From Pseudovirgaria hyperparasitica (Eukaryota), in assembly GCA_010093815.1 (NCBI GenBank), contig ML996573.1: DNA of 64,000 bases; one strand, given 5' to 3'. The notes under the pieces were generated by a model, which had not been told where the DNA came from, did not search any database, and was given only the letters and a program-made list of their open reading frames with translations. Below are positions 62,432 to 64,000 of the stretch, in pieces. Both the position numbers and the translations under genes were made by a program. Every line of letters starts with the position of its first letter. Position 1 is the first letter of the stretch.

Positions 62432-64000
62432 TTAATCTTCTTGCTGGTATGAGATCTTTCTCATCTCTCCAAGACGGGTTCGTGCCTGCGCAAGCGAATT
62501 TTCCAGCTGCAGAATCTCAACCTGGAACCTTTGTTAGCAGATGGACTGAAGATAATGATTAGATCTCTATGGTCATGCAACATACCTGCTGTTCCATCTC
62601 CTGTACTTTAAACTCATGTCCACTGAGCTTGCTGTAATCAACAACCTCGTTGTCATCACGGTTTCTTTGTGCAATAATCTCCTGGACCTGCCGTACAAGG
62701 GACCTGCAGGCACTCGTCACCGCTTTACTGGCTGTTTCCAATCTGTCCTGACTCTTGCTCATGAAGGAGGCCTTGACTCTGCTGGCTGCGACGAGCTGTG
62801 CCGTGCTGGCTGCGACGTCGTTACTAGCAACGATGAGCTGCTCGGGCGAATTGCGTCCACTGATGACGCCGTCGGCAGTCTCAATAAGCAGATTCGTCGA
62901 CGATGCTACAGCCTTAGCTGCGCTGATCAACCCCTCTGTCCACCGGTTGTGTTTCTTGTAGAAAGCAGTTCGCGATGCAGCGCCACGACCTTCTCGTACA
63001 ATTTCTTGCTGCGATGCCGTCGCCGCCTTGATGAGCTGGGCGATTGCATTTGTGACAGCAATGGCGGCGGCAAGAATTGAGTCATGGATCTTGAGCTCGT
63101 AGGTGGAGTACGAGTCACGAGGCTTGTTCATGAGCTTTGTAAGTCGCTCCGTTGCAGCGTCAATGGCATTGGCAGCATTGGTGAGTTCACGGTCGACCAG
63201 GTCACCAAGATCTCCCTGAGCGTTAGTAATCTTGCTCTTGGGGGCAAATGCGTCGGCAAGCTTGGAGAGCTTTTGCAGATTTACTTGGACATCATTGTTG
63301 TTATTGATGACAACGTCTGTCTTTTGCAGTGGCTCCAGTCCCTCCAGGCGGAAGGACTGTAAGTTGCGGAAGAACTGTAGCGTAGAAGATGCAGCCTGTC
63401 TTGCAGCATTGATAAGTTGGTCTCCTTTCTTGTCATCCGAGGCAAAACGCGTAAGCCCCTTGGTATTGCTTAGAACATCGGCGATAGAGCCCGAAAAAGC
63501 GTTAACTGTGCGAATGATCTCAGCATGTCCGCTAGTAGCTCCATCGGCGATGAAGTTGTTGAAGGCCGTGGAAAACTCCATAGCGTTCTGTGACGCCTTT
63601 TCGATCTGCGATAAGACAAATGCGCCCGACGCGTTCTGGTTTCCAGCTTGCATCGAAGAGTCAAGCTCGTACAAAGCTTCGTCCACACGCTGCACTCCAC
63701 TTTGTAGTACCGAGTCGATGATATCATTGATGCGTTTGATGTTGTCAAGAATGAGAGAGTCGATCTGTCCGTCCATGGCTCTGTCCGTGTCACCCTGGCC
63801 TAACTTCAATTCGTTAAGCTCAAGAAGAGTTTGATCCATGCCAGCCTTGAAAATTTCCAGTTCCTCTTCCTTTTCACGAAGCTGGCGCTCCAGATCCGAG
63901 TCTCCTTCTCGATACTTCATGTGGAAATCTTCTAGCTGCCTGGTTTTGTTGCGGAGAGCTTCTTCAAGGTCGGCTATCTCCCGATTATGTCTCGAGAGCA
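62432..64000 (-). CDS. SLA2: Sla2/End4 endocytic adaptor, 3' part with I/LWEQ (THATCH) domain; 5' end outside the window
   Basis: Motifs FYKKHNRWTEGLISAAKAVA, EQLIVASNDVAASTAQLVAASRVKA and EMEQQ/VEILQLE...RLGEMRKISY; final intron near 62585-62522. Confidence 0.95.

Overview
Gene-dense, intron-containing DNA from a filamentous ascomycete (Pezizomycotina-type GT-AG introns with CTRAC branch sites). About 28 protein-coding genes are supportable. They include a CYP52-clan P450, a SAM methyltransferase, ATG22, a PAQR/IZH membrane protein, AIM11, molybdopterin synthase large subunit, PAF-acetylhydrolase, choline/ethanolamine phosphotransferase, NIPSNAP, an ASH1-like SET methyltransferase, ERF2, PMT1, a secreted intradiol dioxygenase, RAV2, a SUR7-family protein, a CE1/GH5/GMC carbohydrate-active trio and the 3' part of SLA2. 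There is also a U6 snRNA gene and a tRNA-Ala(AGC). Items the ORF track misses: a four-exon Thr/Val/Lys-rich secreted protein with one Cys at each end; a HeLo-like N-terminal-domain gene with a single premature TAA; a RIP-like mutated pseudogene; a tRNA with a 5-nt D-arm duplication; a decayed CLE-type cutinase; a CBM1 exon that intron retention could switch off; a GC-AG intron; a 10-nt microexon; and two spliced orphan ORFs beside U6. I found no clear multi-gene novel system. All calls come from manual reading, with no database searches.
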